From Candidatus Uhrbacteria bacterium (GTDB taxonomy: Bacteria; Patescibacteriota; Patescibacteriia; UBA9934), in assembly GCA_903891735.1 (NCBI GenBank), contig CAITFQ010000073.1:1-25836 (forward strand): a stretch of DNA of 25,836 bases, read 5' to 3'. Positions 17,348 through 25,674 of the stretch are shown piece by piece (the first letter of the stretch is position 1; each line of letters starts with the position of its first letter). The position numbers and the translations under genes are program-made. The notes under the pieces were generated by a model that saw nothing but the letters and a program-made list of their open reading frames with translations, was not told the DNA's origin and did no database searches.

Positions 17348-17433
17348 TGGTGCGCGGAAGAGGAGTCGAACCTCCACAGCCTTACGGCTACCACCCCCTC
17401 AAAGTGGCGTGTCTACCATTTCACCACCCGCGC
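17348..17433 (-). tRNA. tRNA-Leu, anticodon GAG
   Basis: Minus strand GCGCGGG...TCCGCGC-A-CCA; anticodon loop TT-GAG-GG; long variable arm AGCCGTAAGGCT. A TTGCCA-17-TATAGT promoter lies upstream. Confidence 0.93.
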
Positions 17434-17519
17434 GTGGCTAATTTGCCGCAAAACTATAGCGGAGCGGGGCTGACTTGGCAAGTTTAAGAAAATACTGTAG
17501 GATTTCGTCGAACAAATAG

Positions 17520-17596
17520 GGACGCCTAGCTCAGCTGGTTAGAGCATCTCGTTTACACCGAGAGGGTCGAGGGTTCGAATCCCCCGGCGTCCACCA
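17520..17596 (+). tRNA. tRNA-Val, anticodon TAC
   Basis: GGACGCC/GGCGTCC; TCTCG-TT-TAC-AC-CGAGA; TTCGAAT T loop; encoded CCA. Confidence 0.93.
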
Positions 17597-17695
17597 CCGA
17601 GCTGAGCTCGGTTGTTGGTTTGCGAGGAAAGCTAAGCTTTCCTAACTCAACAACAAATAATGTTGGCTCAGCGAAGGTGATCGCGCTCAGCGCGA
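17596..17695. repeat. Cluster of short palindromes with GC-TNA-GC apex in the tRNA spacer
   Basis: accgagc-tga-gctcggt (17596-17612), ggaaagc-taa-gctttcc (17626-17642), tcgcgc-tca-gcgcga (17681-17695). Confidence 0.75.
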
Positions 17696-17706
17696 CAGAA
17701 CAATAG

Positions 17707-17782
17707 GGGCTGTTAGCTCAGTTGGTAGAGCGCTTCCATGGCATGGAAGAGGTCAGCGGTTCGAGCCCGCTACGGTCCACCA
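17707..17782 (+). tRNA. tRNA-Ala, anticodon GGC
   Basis: GGGCTGT/ACGGTCC with the G3:U70 Ala determinant; CTTCC-AT-GGC-AT-GGAAG; encoded CCA. Confidence 0.94.
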
Positions 17783-17787
17783 CAAAC

Positions 17788-17820
17788 ATCTTTCAGGGCA
17801 ACCTGAAGGATTTTTGTTTT
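17788..17820 (+). terminator. Intrinsic terminator after tRNA-Ala
   Basis: atctttcagg-gcaa-cctgaaggat followed by a T tract. Confidence 0.75.
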
Positions 17821-17840
17821 GTGCTATAATTGGGATAACT

Positions 17841-18086
17841 ATGATTCAACGAATACTTATTGGTTTAGTGATCGTCGCACTTGGTTGGTTGTTGGTTTGG
17901 AAGACGGACTGGTTTATGAGCATCATGGGTTACGTCGACTGGGCCGAGAAGTGGCTAGGTGGCGGCGGCACACGCTTGTTTTATAAGTTATTGGGGACGT
18001 TGATCATCGTGATTGGTTTGATGGTGATGACAAACTTGTTTAATTCTTTTGCGGCGAGTGTGATTGGCGGCGTGTTTGGTAAATAG
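17841..18086 (+). CDS. Small hypothetical membrane protein (81 aa)
   Basis: MIQRILIGLVIVALGWLLVWKT...GGGTRLFYKLLG. An extended -10 TGCTATAAT ends 10 nt before ATG 17841. Confidence 0.75.
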   Translation: MIQRILIGLVIVALGWLLVWKTDWFMSIMGYVDWAEKWLGGGGTRLFYKLLGTLIIVIGLMVMTNLFNSFAASVIGGVFGK

Positions 18087-18101
18087 GCGGTAAATAATTT
18101 T

Positions 18102-18641
18102 ATGGCAGGAGTGGCTTTACTTGATGTGCGTGCGATTCTCGAGGCCTTGGACATTACGCCAGGGTCCAGAGTTGGCGACTTGGCGGCTGGGAGGACGGGG
18201 CATTTTGTGGTGCCTTTGAGCCGGCTAGTTGGGAGTGAAGGCGTCGTTTATGGCGTCGACTTGTTGCCGGACGTGGTGGCGGCTTTGCAAGGACATAGAA
18301 CGCAGCATGGGCTGACGCAGCTACGACCAGTGTGGGGAGATTTGGAAAGACACGAGGGCGTAGGAATCGATACAGGGACGCTTGATTTGGCACTGCTGGT
18401 CAATGCGCTTGGGAGCATGAAAGAGCGTGAGGTGGCGGCACGAGAGACAGTACGGCTGATGAAGCCGCAGGGCCGGATTGTGGTGATTGATTGGCAGACT
18501 GGGGCTAAACATCCGTTGGCTAAGTTGGCCAGAAGTATGCCGGAAGACCAGGCGGACGCGTTGTTTGACCATGTGGGGTGCCGGAAATGTGGGGAGTTTA
18601 CGCCGAGTAAGTGGCATTACGGCCGTGTCTACGCATCTTGA
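18102..18641 (+). CDS. Class I SAM-dependent methyltransferase
   Basis: Motif I-like GSRVGDLAAGRTGHF, then VYGVD, GDLE and LMKPQGRIVVIDW. Confidence 0.8.
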   Translation: MAGVALLDVRAILEALDITPGSRVGDLAAGRTGHFVVPLSRLVGSEGVVYGVDLLPDVVAALQGHRTQHGLTQLRPVWGDLERHEGVGIDTGTLDLALLVNALGSMKEREVAARETVRLMKPQGRIVVIDWQTGAKHPLAKLARSMPEDQADALFDHVGCRKCGEFTPSKWHYGRVYAS

Positions 18642-18666
18642 CGATAATGCTTGATTTACCTACCAT
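18638..18666 (+). promoter_or_regulatory. Putative sigma70 promoter for the 18676 membrane gene and yraN
   Basis: TTGACG-17 nt-TACCAT, ending 9 nt before ATG 18676. Confidence 0.55.
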
Positions 18667-18675
18667 GTCGCTACT

Positions 18676-19089
18676 ATGATTAATTTGCAGCCAGTATTAA
18701 CCGCCAGCTTTTGGTTCGATTTGACGCCAAACGCCATGGGCCCATTGTTCTCCAAGATTTTTTTCATCATTTTCGCGGTGTTGGTCATTGCGGCGTCGGC
18801 AGCTAGAATTGTCGCTAACAACAAGCTGACGGATAAGTACCACAAGATAATTGCTTTGCGCGCCGCCAACATTGCTTTCATCACCGGGATTCTCGGCTTC
18901 GTCATTTACTTCTTTACCTTTGAAGAGATTCAGTTCTTCGGTTCACGTTTTTGGTTCTTGGTGTTATTGCTCGGGGTGATTGTCGCGGTAGTGCGTTTGC
19001 TCAAGTACGCTAAGAAGGACGTGCCAGCTATGCGCAAGCACGAACAATCGAAAGCTGAAGTTAATAAATATCTTCCTCGAAGAAACTAG
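18676..19089 (+). CDS. Hypothetical membrane protein (3 TM segments)
   Basis: 137-aa ORF with three hydrophobic helices and a basic C-terminus (NKYLPRRN); 2 nt from the yraN start. Confidence 0.75.
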   Translation: MINLQPVLTASFWFDLTPNAMGPLFSKIFFIIFAVLVIAASAARIVANNKLTDKYHKIIALRAANIAFITGILGFVIYFFTFEEIQFFGSRFWFLVLLLGVIVAVVRLLKYAKKDVPAMRKHEQSKAEVNKYLPRRN

Positions 19090-19091
19090 TT

Positions 19092-19448
19092 GTGGTCGAC
19101 GCGCGCCGTATATTCGGAAATAGTTCTGAAGAGTTGGCCGCTAATTATTTGATTGACTTGGGTTATAAGATTATTGAGCGACAGTATAGTAACAAGCTCG
19201 GTGAAATCGATCTCATCGCTCTGGACGGGCGTGAGATCGTTTTTGTTGAGGTGAAAGCCAGGAAGAGTAAAGAATTTGGTTATCCGGAAGAAGCGGTGAC
19301 GCCCCATAAGCTACGGAAGATTGGGAATACAGGACTCGTTTACTTGCGGGCGAATGGGCTGGAGTCGTCCGACTACAGGATTGATGTGATTGCGATTGAA
19401 TTCTACGAGTCTCCGCCGAAGGTGACCCATTTGAAAGCAGTTTATTAA
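19092..19448 (+). CDS. yraN: YraN (UPF0102) PD-(D/E)xK nuclease-like protein
   Basis: GNSSEELAANYL..GYKI, GEIDLIA, IVFVEVKAR and YRIDVIAI. Confidence 0.93.
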   Translation: MVDARRIFGNSSEELAANYLIDLGYKIIERQYSNKLGEIDLIALDGREIVFVEVKARKSKEFGYPEEAVTPHKLRKIGNTGLVYLRANGLESSDYRIDVIAIEFYESPPKVTHLKAVY

Positions 19449-19456
19449 ATTGATAG

Positions 19457-19482
19457 GCGGGGTTACCATGCCCCGCTCTTTT
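19457..19482 (+). terminator. Intrinsic terminator after yraN
   Basis: gcgggg-ttaccatg-ccccgc followed by tctttt. Confidence 0.6.
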
Positions 19483-19512
19483 CGTCTTTGCGAGCGCTAG
19501 CGAAGCAATCTT
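19483..19512 (+). repeat. CGTC-tagged short palindrome (REP-like), copy 1
   Basis: cgtctttgcgagcgctagcgaagcaatctt; matches 25675-25704 except for two substitutions. Confidence 0.8.
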
Positions 19513-19540
19513 GAGTTAATCGATATCATCAGCGCGAGAC

Positions 19541-19706
19541 TCGGGTGGTCCCACTCCTAGCTGCGCCTCGTCAACCGTAATAGCTGGCTCACCTCGTCTG
19601 ACTCGGGGGCTATTACAGGGCCGAGGCTGGCGTCGTCCTAGGACACACCGCTCGTCTTCGCTGACAATGACCGCTCTATAAGACTTCTGGCTCATAAACG
19701 GCTTAC
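19541..19706 (+). repeat. Dispersed long-hairpin repeat, copy B
   Basis: Core CGTCAACC-GTAATAGC...GCTATTAC-AGGGCCGA; outer pair cctag/ctagg; tail agacttctggctc shared with copy A. Confidence 0.88.
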
Positions 19707-19827
19707 TCGACCTGAGTTGAAAATTTTAAGGGAGTGTGATATCGTCCAAGTAATGAACTCGGCTGATGGCCGGGTTCGTAATGTATAGAGTCAAATTCAA
19801 TTTAATAACAATTGTCGATACAAGCCT

Positions 19828-21075
19828 ATGTCCAGTGTAATTGAGCAAGCAATCCGCCAGATTTGTGATGAAAAGGGTTTGGAGTATGAATCCGTGTTGA
19901 GTACGATTGAGGCGGCGTTGGCCGCGGCGTACAGGAAGGATTTTGGTGATAAATATCATAATTTGGAGGCGGAGTTTGACCCGGAGACAGCTGGTGTGCG
20001 CGTGTTTGATGTGAAGACGGTGGTAGCTGATATTACGGATGAAGAGCGCGAGGAACTTGAGAGGAAAGAGGCTGAGAAGCAAGCGGCGCGTGAGGCCGCG
20101 CGGGCGATTGGCGATAACCGTCCGGAAAAAGAAGAGGTGCCAGTAGATGGCGTAGTTAAGTTTAATCCGAAGACGGATATCATGGAGTCGCAGGCCAAGA
20201 TTTTGAAACTAACGGCTAAAGTGGGCGACGTGTTGCGTACGGAGTTGCCGACGGCTGGTGAGTTTGGTCGCATGGCTGCGATGACTGCCAAGCAGGTGAT
20301 TACGCAAAAGTTGCGTGAAGCAGAACGCGAAATTGTGTTTAATGAGTACAAAGGTCAAGAGGGTGAGGTGTTGGTCGGCACGGTGCAACGTCGTGAAGGT
20401 CGCATAGTGCTGGTCGACATTGGTCGCACGGCTGGAATTTTGAAGCCAGAGGATCAGATGGCTAACGAGCGGTATCAGTCGGGTGACCGGATTAAGGTTT
20501 ATGTGCGTGAAGTCAGCGTTGGCCCTAGAGGCCCCCAGATTTTATTGTCGCGCACGCATGAGGGTTTGGTACGACGCTTGTTTGAGATCGAAATTCCGGA
20601 AGTTGCTGAAGGTATCGTCGTAATGAAAGCGTTGGCTCGTGAAGCTGGGGCGCGGACCAAGATTGCGGTGAGCTCGACGGATACTGCGATTGATCCGATT
20701 GGTGCTTGTATTGGTCAGCGTGGGAGCCGCATTCAGACGATTATTTCCGAGATCAGTGGTGAGAAGATCGACGTGATTGAATGGAGCGAAGATGCGAAGG
20801 AATTTATTCGTCACGCACTGGCCCCAAGTAAGATTACCAGTATTACGATTCATGAGGATGAGCGCACGGCGACCGCTTTGGTAGCAGCTGACCAGTTGTC
20901 ATTGGCGATTGGCCGGGGTGGTCAGAATGTCCGTTTGGCAGCTAAATTGACTGGTTGGAAGCTCAATATCCAGGAAGATGGTGCAACTAAACCTGTAGTT
21001 GAAGAAGTCGAATCAGCTGAGTCGTCGATTGAACCTGAGTTGGAAGCATCGGCCACCGAAGCAACAGCTGAGTAA
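19828..21075 (+). CDS. nusA: Transcription termination/antitermination factor NusA
   Basis: IEAALAAAYRK, FGRMAAMTAKQVI, AREAGARTKIAV, DPIGACIG, EKIDVIEW and AIGRGGQNVRLAAKLTGWKLNI. Confidence 0.97.
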   Translation: MSSVIEQAIRQICDEKGLEYESVLSTIEAALAAAYRKDFGDKYHNLEAEFDPETAGVRVFDVKTVVADITDEEREELERKEAEKQAAREAARAIGDNRPEKEEVPVDGVVKFNPKTDIMESQAKILKLTAKVGDVLRTELPTAGEFGRMAAMTAKQVITQKLREAEREIVFNEYKGQEGEVLVGTVQRREGRIVLVDIGRTAGILKPEDQMANERYQSGDRIKVYVREVSVGPRGPQILLSRTHEGLVRRLFEIEIPEVAEGIVVMKALAREAGARTKIAVSSTDTAIDPIGACIGQRGSRIQTIISEISGEKIDVIEWSEDAKEFIRHALAPSKITSITIHEDERTATALVAADQLSLAIGRGGQNVRLAAKLTGWKLNIQEDGATKPVVEEVESAESSIEPELEASATEATAE

Positions 21076-21077
21076 TT

Positions 21078-21845
21078 ATGGGAAATATATTTTTCACCAT
21101 TTTGTACCAGCCGTTGTATAACTTGCTGGTCGTGCTCTACAACTTGATTCCGGGCGGCGGGTTGGGCTTGGCGATCATCATCATGACGATTCTGATTAAG
21201 GGATTGTTATTTCCATTGACCTTCAAGAGTATGAAGGCGCAGAAGGACATGGCGGAGATTCAGCCGAAGATTGCCGAGATTAAAGAGAAGTACAAGAATG
21301 ATAAGGAAACGCAGGCTAAGGAGCTAATGAGCGTGTACAAGAATAATAAGGTCAATCCATTTGCGTCGTGCTTGCCGACCATTGTGCAGTTGGTGATTTT
21401 CATCACGCTGTACCAGGCCTTGCGTAAAGGTTTGGGCACGATTGATGCCACTTCGCTGTACAGCTTTGTGATGAATCCAGGCGAGATGGGTCACTGGTTC
21501 TTGGGCATTGATTTGGGTAAGGTGTCGATTCCGTTGGCGATTGTGTCCGCTATCGCCCAATACTTCCAGGCCCGCCAGATGGTGGCCAAGCGACCACCAA
21601 AGGAGGTGCGTCAAACCAGCGCCGCGATGGATGAAGATATGACAGCGACGATGAACAAGATGACGGTGATTATGTTGCCGCTGATGACTTTGTTGATTGG
21701 CGTGACGACGTTACCGGGTGGTTTAACCTTGTACATTCTGGTGTCGACGGTTTTGACCTTCTTGCTATATCACTTCTTTGTGGGCAAAATTAAAGTGGCT
21801 AATAAGAGCGAGATTATCGATGTTGTCGCTAAAGATACAAAATAA
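21078..21845 (+). CDS. yidC: Membrane protein insertase YidC/Oxa1 (short form without periplasmic domain)
   Basis: GLAIIIMTILIK.LLFPL, QPKIAEIKEKY, NPFASCLP and LPGGLTLY. Confidence 0.93.
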   Translation: MGNIFFTILYQPLYNLLVVLYNLIPGGGLGLAIIIMTILIKGLLFPLTFKSMKAQKDMAEIQPKIAEIKEKYKNDKETQAKELMSVYKNNKVNPFASCLPTIVQLVIFITLYQALRKGLGTIDATSLYSFVMNPGEMGHWFLGIDLGKVSIPLAIVSAIAQYFQARQMVAKRPPKEVRQTSAAMDEDMTATMNKMTVIMLPLMTLLIGVTTLPGGLTLYILVSTVLTFLLYHFFVGKIKVANKSEIIDVVAKDTK

Positions 21846-21862
21846 GGTACAATGGGCCCATT

Positions 21863-22873
21863 ATGGCAGCACAAGCGGCAGCTAAGTGGAAAAAAGCTCT
21901 TCTTCTGGTGGTCGCAGTGATCATCGGGGGAGGGCTTTTTGCTTTTTTGATTTGGCGAACAGGAGCAGCGGCGACGTATCAGGCCTTGCGAGCCTTTGGC
22001 GCGTTGCCGTGTATCGGGTTCGTGCTGATTTCGTTAACCAACTTTACGCTGTACAGTTTGCGTTGGCAGATTATTAGTAATGATATTTCGCCTAAACATA
22101 AGTTGCCGTTGCAGCGCTTTTTCTTACATAGAATGAGCGGCTACGCGGCTGGGTATTTGACGCCAGCTAGCCAGGTGGCAGGCGAGCCGATTCGCGTGGC
22201 GATGTTGGTGGCCGATGGCGTGCCAGTGAAAGAAGCGACGAGTTCGGTGATTTTGGATTTAGCGTTTGAGATTTCGGCAGTGGTGGCCTTTATTATTTCG
22301 GGCGTGGTGATCGCGTTGAGTCAAGGTTTTGGTGGCAGTACCGCGATTGCTGGCGCTGGCGTGATGATTGCCGTGATTGTGGCAATTCTGTTGGCATTTT
22401 TCTGGCGCTTGGCGCGGGGCGACGGGTTTTTCTCGTCGATTATGCAATTGTTGCAGTTGCACCGGGTTAAGAAGTTGCAGGGAATGTACAAATGGTTAGT
22501 GGAAACTGAGAGTTTGATTAGTAAGTTTTTTGCCGGCAAGAAGAGCAAACTGGCGTTTATTGTCATGCTTAGTATCGTCATGGTGTCCTTCAAGGCGGTG
22601 GAGGCGTTCTTTATTACCCATTTCTTTGGAGTACCGATTAGCTTGCGTGACGGCTTCTTGTTGGCGACGTTGCCAGGGATTGTGCTGTTATTGCCAGTAC
22701 CAGCTGGACTTGGGGTGTATGAAGGGAGTAACGCGGCCATCTTCTCCTTGCTTGGTTTACACTTGAATGCAGTGGCGTACACGGCGATTATTCGGATAAG
22801 AGACTTCGTGTTTATTATGATTGGTGTTATTCATGCGGTGCGTCGAGGTGAGAAGCTGATAGTGTCAGAATAG
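21863..22873 (+). CDS. UPF0104/lysylphosphatidylglycerol synthase TM-region (flippase-like) membrane protein
   Basis: LRWQII, AGYLTPASQVAGEPIR, PVPAGLGVYEG and IIRIRD, typical of the LPG_synthase_TM family. Confidence 0.85.
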   Translation: MAAQAAAKWKKALLLVVAVIIGGGLFAFLIWRTGAAATYQALRAFGALPCIGFVLISLTNFTLYSLRWQIISNDISPKHKLPLQRFFLHRMSGYAAGYLTPASQVAGEPIRVAMLVADGVPVKEATSSVILDLAFEISAVVAFIISGVVIALSQGFGGSTAIAGAGVMIAVIVAILLAFFWRLARGDGFFSSIMQLLQLHRVKKLQGMYKWLVETESLISKFFAGKKSKLAFIVMLSIVMVSFKAVEAFFITHFFGVPISLRDGFLLATLPGIVLLLPVPAGLGVYEGSNAAIFSLLGLHLNAVAYTAIIRIRDFVFIMIGVIHAVRRGEKLIVSE

Positions 22874-22874
22874 T

Positions 22875-23810
22875 ATGTTTGAGCCAGAAAATATTTCGCT
22901 GGCGTCGGTCATCGAATGGGATTGTTTTAAAGTGTTGGCTTATTTTTCTTATTTTAAATATCCGTTAACAGCTTTTGAAGTGTGGAAGTGGCAGTATAAA
23001 CCAGAGGGTAAGTGGTCACTAGAAGAAGTTATTAGGACGTTGGCGACGTCGACGTGGTTGCGCGAAAGAATGAGTGAGAAGAACGGTTTTTTTGCTTTGG
23101 GTGAAGAAGTTGAGGGTTGGTTGGCTGATAGGCACGAGCGATTTTTGGACGCGCTGCGCAAATATGAAGTATTACGGCAGGCGATGATGTTTATTGGTCG
23201 AGTGCCAGGGGTGGAAGCGGTGCTGGTTGGCAATTCTTTGGCTTGGCAGCACACTAATGTTGAGAGTGATATTGATTTGTTTATTGTAACTGAACCTAAG
23301 CGGGTGTGGAGCGTTAGGTTGTTGACAGTGGCGATGATGGCGGCTTTGCGGAAGAGGCCAGGTGAGGCGAAGATAGACCCGATTTGTTGTAGTTTTTTTA
23401 CGGATAGTAATCACTTGGATTTGGCTGATTTGAAAATTGAGGGAGCTGATGAAGAGGATCCGTACTTGGCTTTTTGGATTAGATCTTTGATTCCGGTGGT
23501 CGACAGAAAAGGAGTTCAAGGACGGTTAGAGGTGATGAATAGATGGGTGGGGGAGGCACTGCCGGCAGCTTGGGGAGTTGAGCGAGCAGCCAGGTGGCGA
23601 CTGCGGCCTAAGAAGTGTTGGCCGAGGTTAGGGTTATCTAGCATAACGGAAAACTGGGCTAAGCAGCTGCAGGAAAAAAAGTTCCCGCGGATTATTCAGG
23701 AGATGAAGAATCGGGATACGCGAGTAGTGGTTAATGATAATATGTTAAAATTTCATGAGAATGATAGACGGTCGACGATTAAACAGTTTTTAACAGATGC
23801 CTTATGTTAA
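22875..23810 (+). CDS. Pol-beta-superfamily nucleotidyltransferase-like protein with N-terminal helical/HTH-like region
   Basis: LVGNSLA...ESDIDLFIV (GS + DxD-like signature). Confidence 0.65.
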   Translation: MFEPENISLASVIEWDCFKVLAYFSYFKYPLTAFEVWKWQYKPEGKWSLEEVIRTLATSTWLRERMSEKNGFFALGEEVEGWLADRHERFLDALRKYEVLRQAMMFIGRVPGVEAVLVGNSLAWQHTNVESDIDLFIVTEPKRVWSVRLLTVAMMAALRKRPGEAKIDPICCSFFTDSNHLDLADLKIEGADEEDPYLAFWIRSLIPVVDRKGVQGRLEVMNRWVGEALPAAWGVERAARWRLRPKKCWPRLGLSSITENWAKQLQEKKFPRIIQEMKNRDTRVVVNDNMLKFHENDRRSTIKQFLTDALC

Positions 23811-25120
23811 ACATAAAAAAGATCTGGGCAGCTTATAGCTGGAAGACTTGGTGGCTGATGGTGTTTTTCTTTTTCGTACCGTGGCAGACGCATTATCTAT
23901 TTGGGCAGACGTTGATTGGTGGCTTGGTTTCACCGTTCGGCGATATTAGTTTGTATGTAACCGAGGTGTGGTTGTGGCTCGGATTGGTGTTGTCGTTGCT
24001 CCGTAAGGAAGATCGGCCCAAGTTTGCACCTGAGGCGAAGAAGCCGTTGTGTTTCGCATTGTTAGTGTTGGTGACGGCGACGTTGTCTTTAACGATGAGT
24101 GTTAACACTAATTTGTCGTTGATAATGTTGCTGCATTTGGCGTCGGCCTTGGTGCTGTTTGTGCTGCTGCTTGATAAGAAAATTGATTGGCGGCCGTTGC
24201 TAGCGGCGTTTGGTTTAGGCTTGGTGCTGCCGGCGATTTTGGGCGTCTGGCAAGTATTGTTTGATTCTTCGCCAGCGTCGACGATATTGGGTTTGGCGGC
24301 CAGAGATGCTAATAATTTGGGCGATGCAATTACGGTGAGGGGCGGTGTGCGGGAATTGCGAGCATATGGTAGCTTTCCGCACCCCAATATTTTTGCTGGT
24401 TATTTGGCGGTTGGCGTGCTGTGTCTGCGGACGTTGCTGATTCGCGCTAAAGCTGGAGCGTATCGTAAGCTGTTGCTGGCGAGTATGTTGCTGCTGACGA
24501 TTTTGCTCGTTTACACGGGCTCGCGGTCCGCGATGCTTGGCTTGCTATTAGGCATTGGGTTGGCCGCGTTTGTGACGTATTACAAGAATACAGCTAAGGC
24601 TCGTATATTAGTTGTACCACTGGCGCTGCTGGTTATTGGGCTGGGGATTGCCGGAACATTTTTGACACCGAATATTTTGTCGTCAATCAGAGGTGGCGGC
24701 ATGTTTGAGGATCAATCACTGACCGACAGGGTAGCGCAGTATGAGGCCTATCCCTCGATTATGTCGCGTGGAGTAGGCGAGTGGTTGGTTGGGTCAGGTT
24801 TGGGCACTTATACGACGAATTGGTCGACGGTGGCGCCAGGTGGTACGGCTTGGGATTACGAACCGATTCACAATATTCCGCTGTTGGTGTTGTCGGAAAT
24901 TGGCTTACTTGGCTTGATCGCGGTGCTGTTATGGGCGTCGTCGATTGATAGCGTTAACTTTGCGCGCTTCCCGAATCACGACGCGTTGATGGCGTTTGCG
25001 ATGGGGAATGTGGTGCTGGTGATTTTGTTCTTTGATCATTATATTTGGTCGAGTTATGCGGGGCTTGTGCTCATAGCTTTTGTGATGGCGCTGACGGTGA
25101 GGATGGGAGAAAAGGATTAG
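23804..25120 (+). CDS. O-antigen ligase (Wzy_C/RfaL-like) family membrane protein
   Basis: RAYGSFPHPNIFAGYL, TGSRSAMLG, GSGLG and PIHNIPLLVLSEIGLLG; many TM segments. Confidence 0.88.
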   Translation: MLNIKKIWAAYSWKTWWLMVFFFFVPWQTHYLFGQTLIGGLVSPFGDISLYVTEVWLWLGLVLSLLRKEDRPKFAPEAKKPLCFALLVLVTATLSLTMSVNTNLSLIMLLHLASALVLFVLLLDKKIDWRPLLAAFGLGLVLPAILGVWQVLFDSSPASTILGLAARDANNLGDAITVRGGVRELRAYGSFPHPNIFAGYLAVGVLCLRTLLIRAKAGAYRKLLLASMLLLTILLVYTGSRSAMLGLLLGIGLAAFVTYYKNTAKARILVVPLALLVIGLGIAGTFLTPNILSSIRGGGMFEDQSLTDRVAQYEAYPSIMSRGVGEWLVGSGLGTYTTNWSTVAPGGTAWDYEPIHNIPLLVLSEIGLLGLIAVLLWASSIDSVNFARFPNHDALMAFAMGNVVLVILFFDHYIWSSYAGLVLIAFVMALTVRMGEKD

Positions 25121-25142
25121 CTCGGCCGAGCTTCGTCGCAAA

Positions 25143-25304
25143 CATCTGCCGAGTAGTCCTGCTTCGCGCTGCAGGTCGTCAACCGTAACGGCTGGCTCAC
25201 CTCGTCCAACTCGGGGGCCGTTACAGGGCCGACCTTCGCTTGGCGCAGGAGCTACCCGACAGCTGTTCGCTCCTAAAAGGCCTGAGTGGCTCATAACGAC
25301 TTAC
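25143..25304 (+). repeat. Dispersed long-hairpin repeat, copy C
   Basis: GTAG (25153) pairs with CTAC (25252). Core CGTCAACC-GTAACGGC...GCCGTTAC-AGGGCCGA; flanks catctgcc and ctacccgacagctg shared with copy A. Confidence 0.88.
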
Positions 25305-25307
25305 GGT

Positions 25308-25334
25308 TTGGCAGTCATTGACAATGAGTGCTAG
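25308..25334 (+). promoter_or_regulatory. CIRCE element (HrcA operator) upstream of groES
   Basis: TTGGCAGTC-N9-GAGTGCTAG versus consensus TTAGCACTC-N9-GAGTGCTAA. The spacer ATTGACAAT contains a TTGACA -35-like box. Confidence 0.8.
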
Positions 25335-25374
25335 TTTTGACAATATGAGCGTGTCTAATTTAATGATATTTCCT

Positions 25375-25662
25375 ATGAATATTCGGCCATTAGGAGGACA
25401 TATTATTGTGGAAGCTAAGATTAAAGAAGCTAAGACGGCGTCGGGGATTATTTTGCCGGAGAGTGAGGAGAAGCAGCCGGAACAGGGGAAAGTGTTGGCT
25501 GTTGGCCCGGGCAAGTTTTTGGATAATGGAACCAGACAGGTAATGGAGGTGAAGATCGGTGATACGGTGGTGTTCAAGAAATACGGGCCGGATGAGATTG
25601 AGATTGATGGTAAAAAGTATTTAGTTGTTGCAGCCGAGGATATTATTGCGGTGATCGAGTGA
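25375..25662 (+). CDS. groES: Co-chaperonin GroES
   Basis: MNIRPLGGHIIV, TASGIILP, GKVLAVGPG and VKIGDTVVFKKY, 95 aa. Confidence 0.96.
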   Translation: MNIRPLGGHIIVEAKIKEAKTASGIILPESEEKQPEQGKVLAVGPGKFLDNGTRQVMEVKIGDTVVFKKYGPDEIEIDGKKYLVVAAEDIIAVIE

Positions 25663-25674
25663 TGAAGTTTAATT

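Noticed and set aside
19585-19610. HDV-like/theta ribozyme reading of CTCACCTCGTCTGA
   Set aside because: The CCTCG loop resembles HDV L3, but the required P3 pairing (TCA/TGA) fails in copy C (TCA/CAA), and I could not build P1/P2/P4 with a catalytic C-R-A junction. Hammerhead and pistol cores are also absent.
25318-25374. Longer GroES start at 25318
   Set aside because: It overlaps the CIRCE/promoter; MNIRPL at 25375 is the canonical GroES N-terminus.
24929-25577. Minus-strand ORFs 24929..25294 and 25221..25577
   Set aside because: They are translations of repeat copy C and antisense of real genes; hairpin repeats commonly yield such spurious ORFs.
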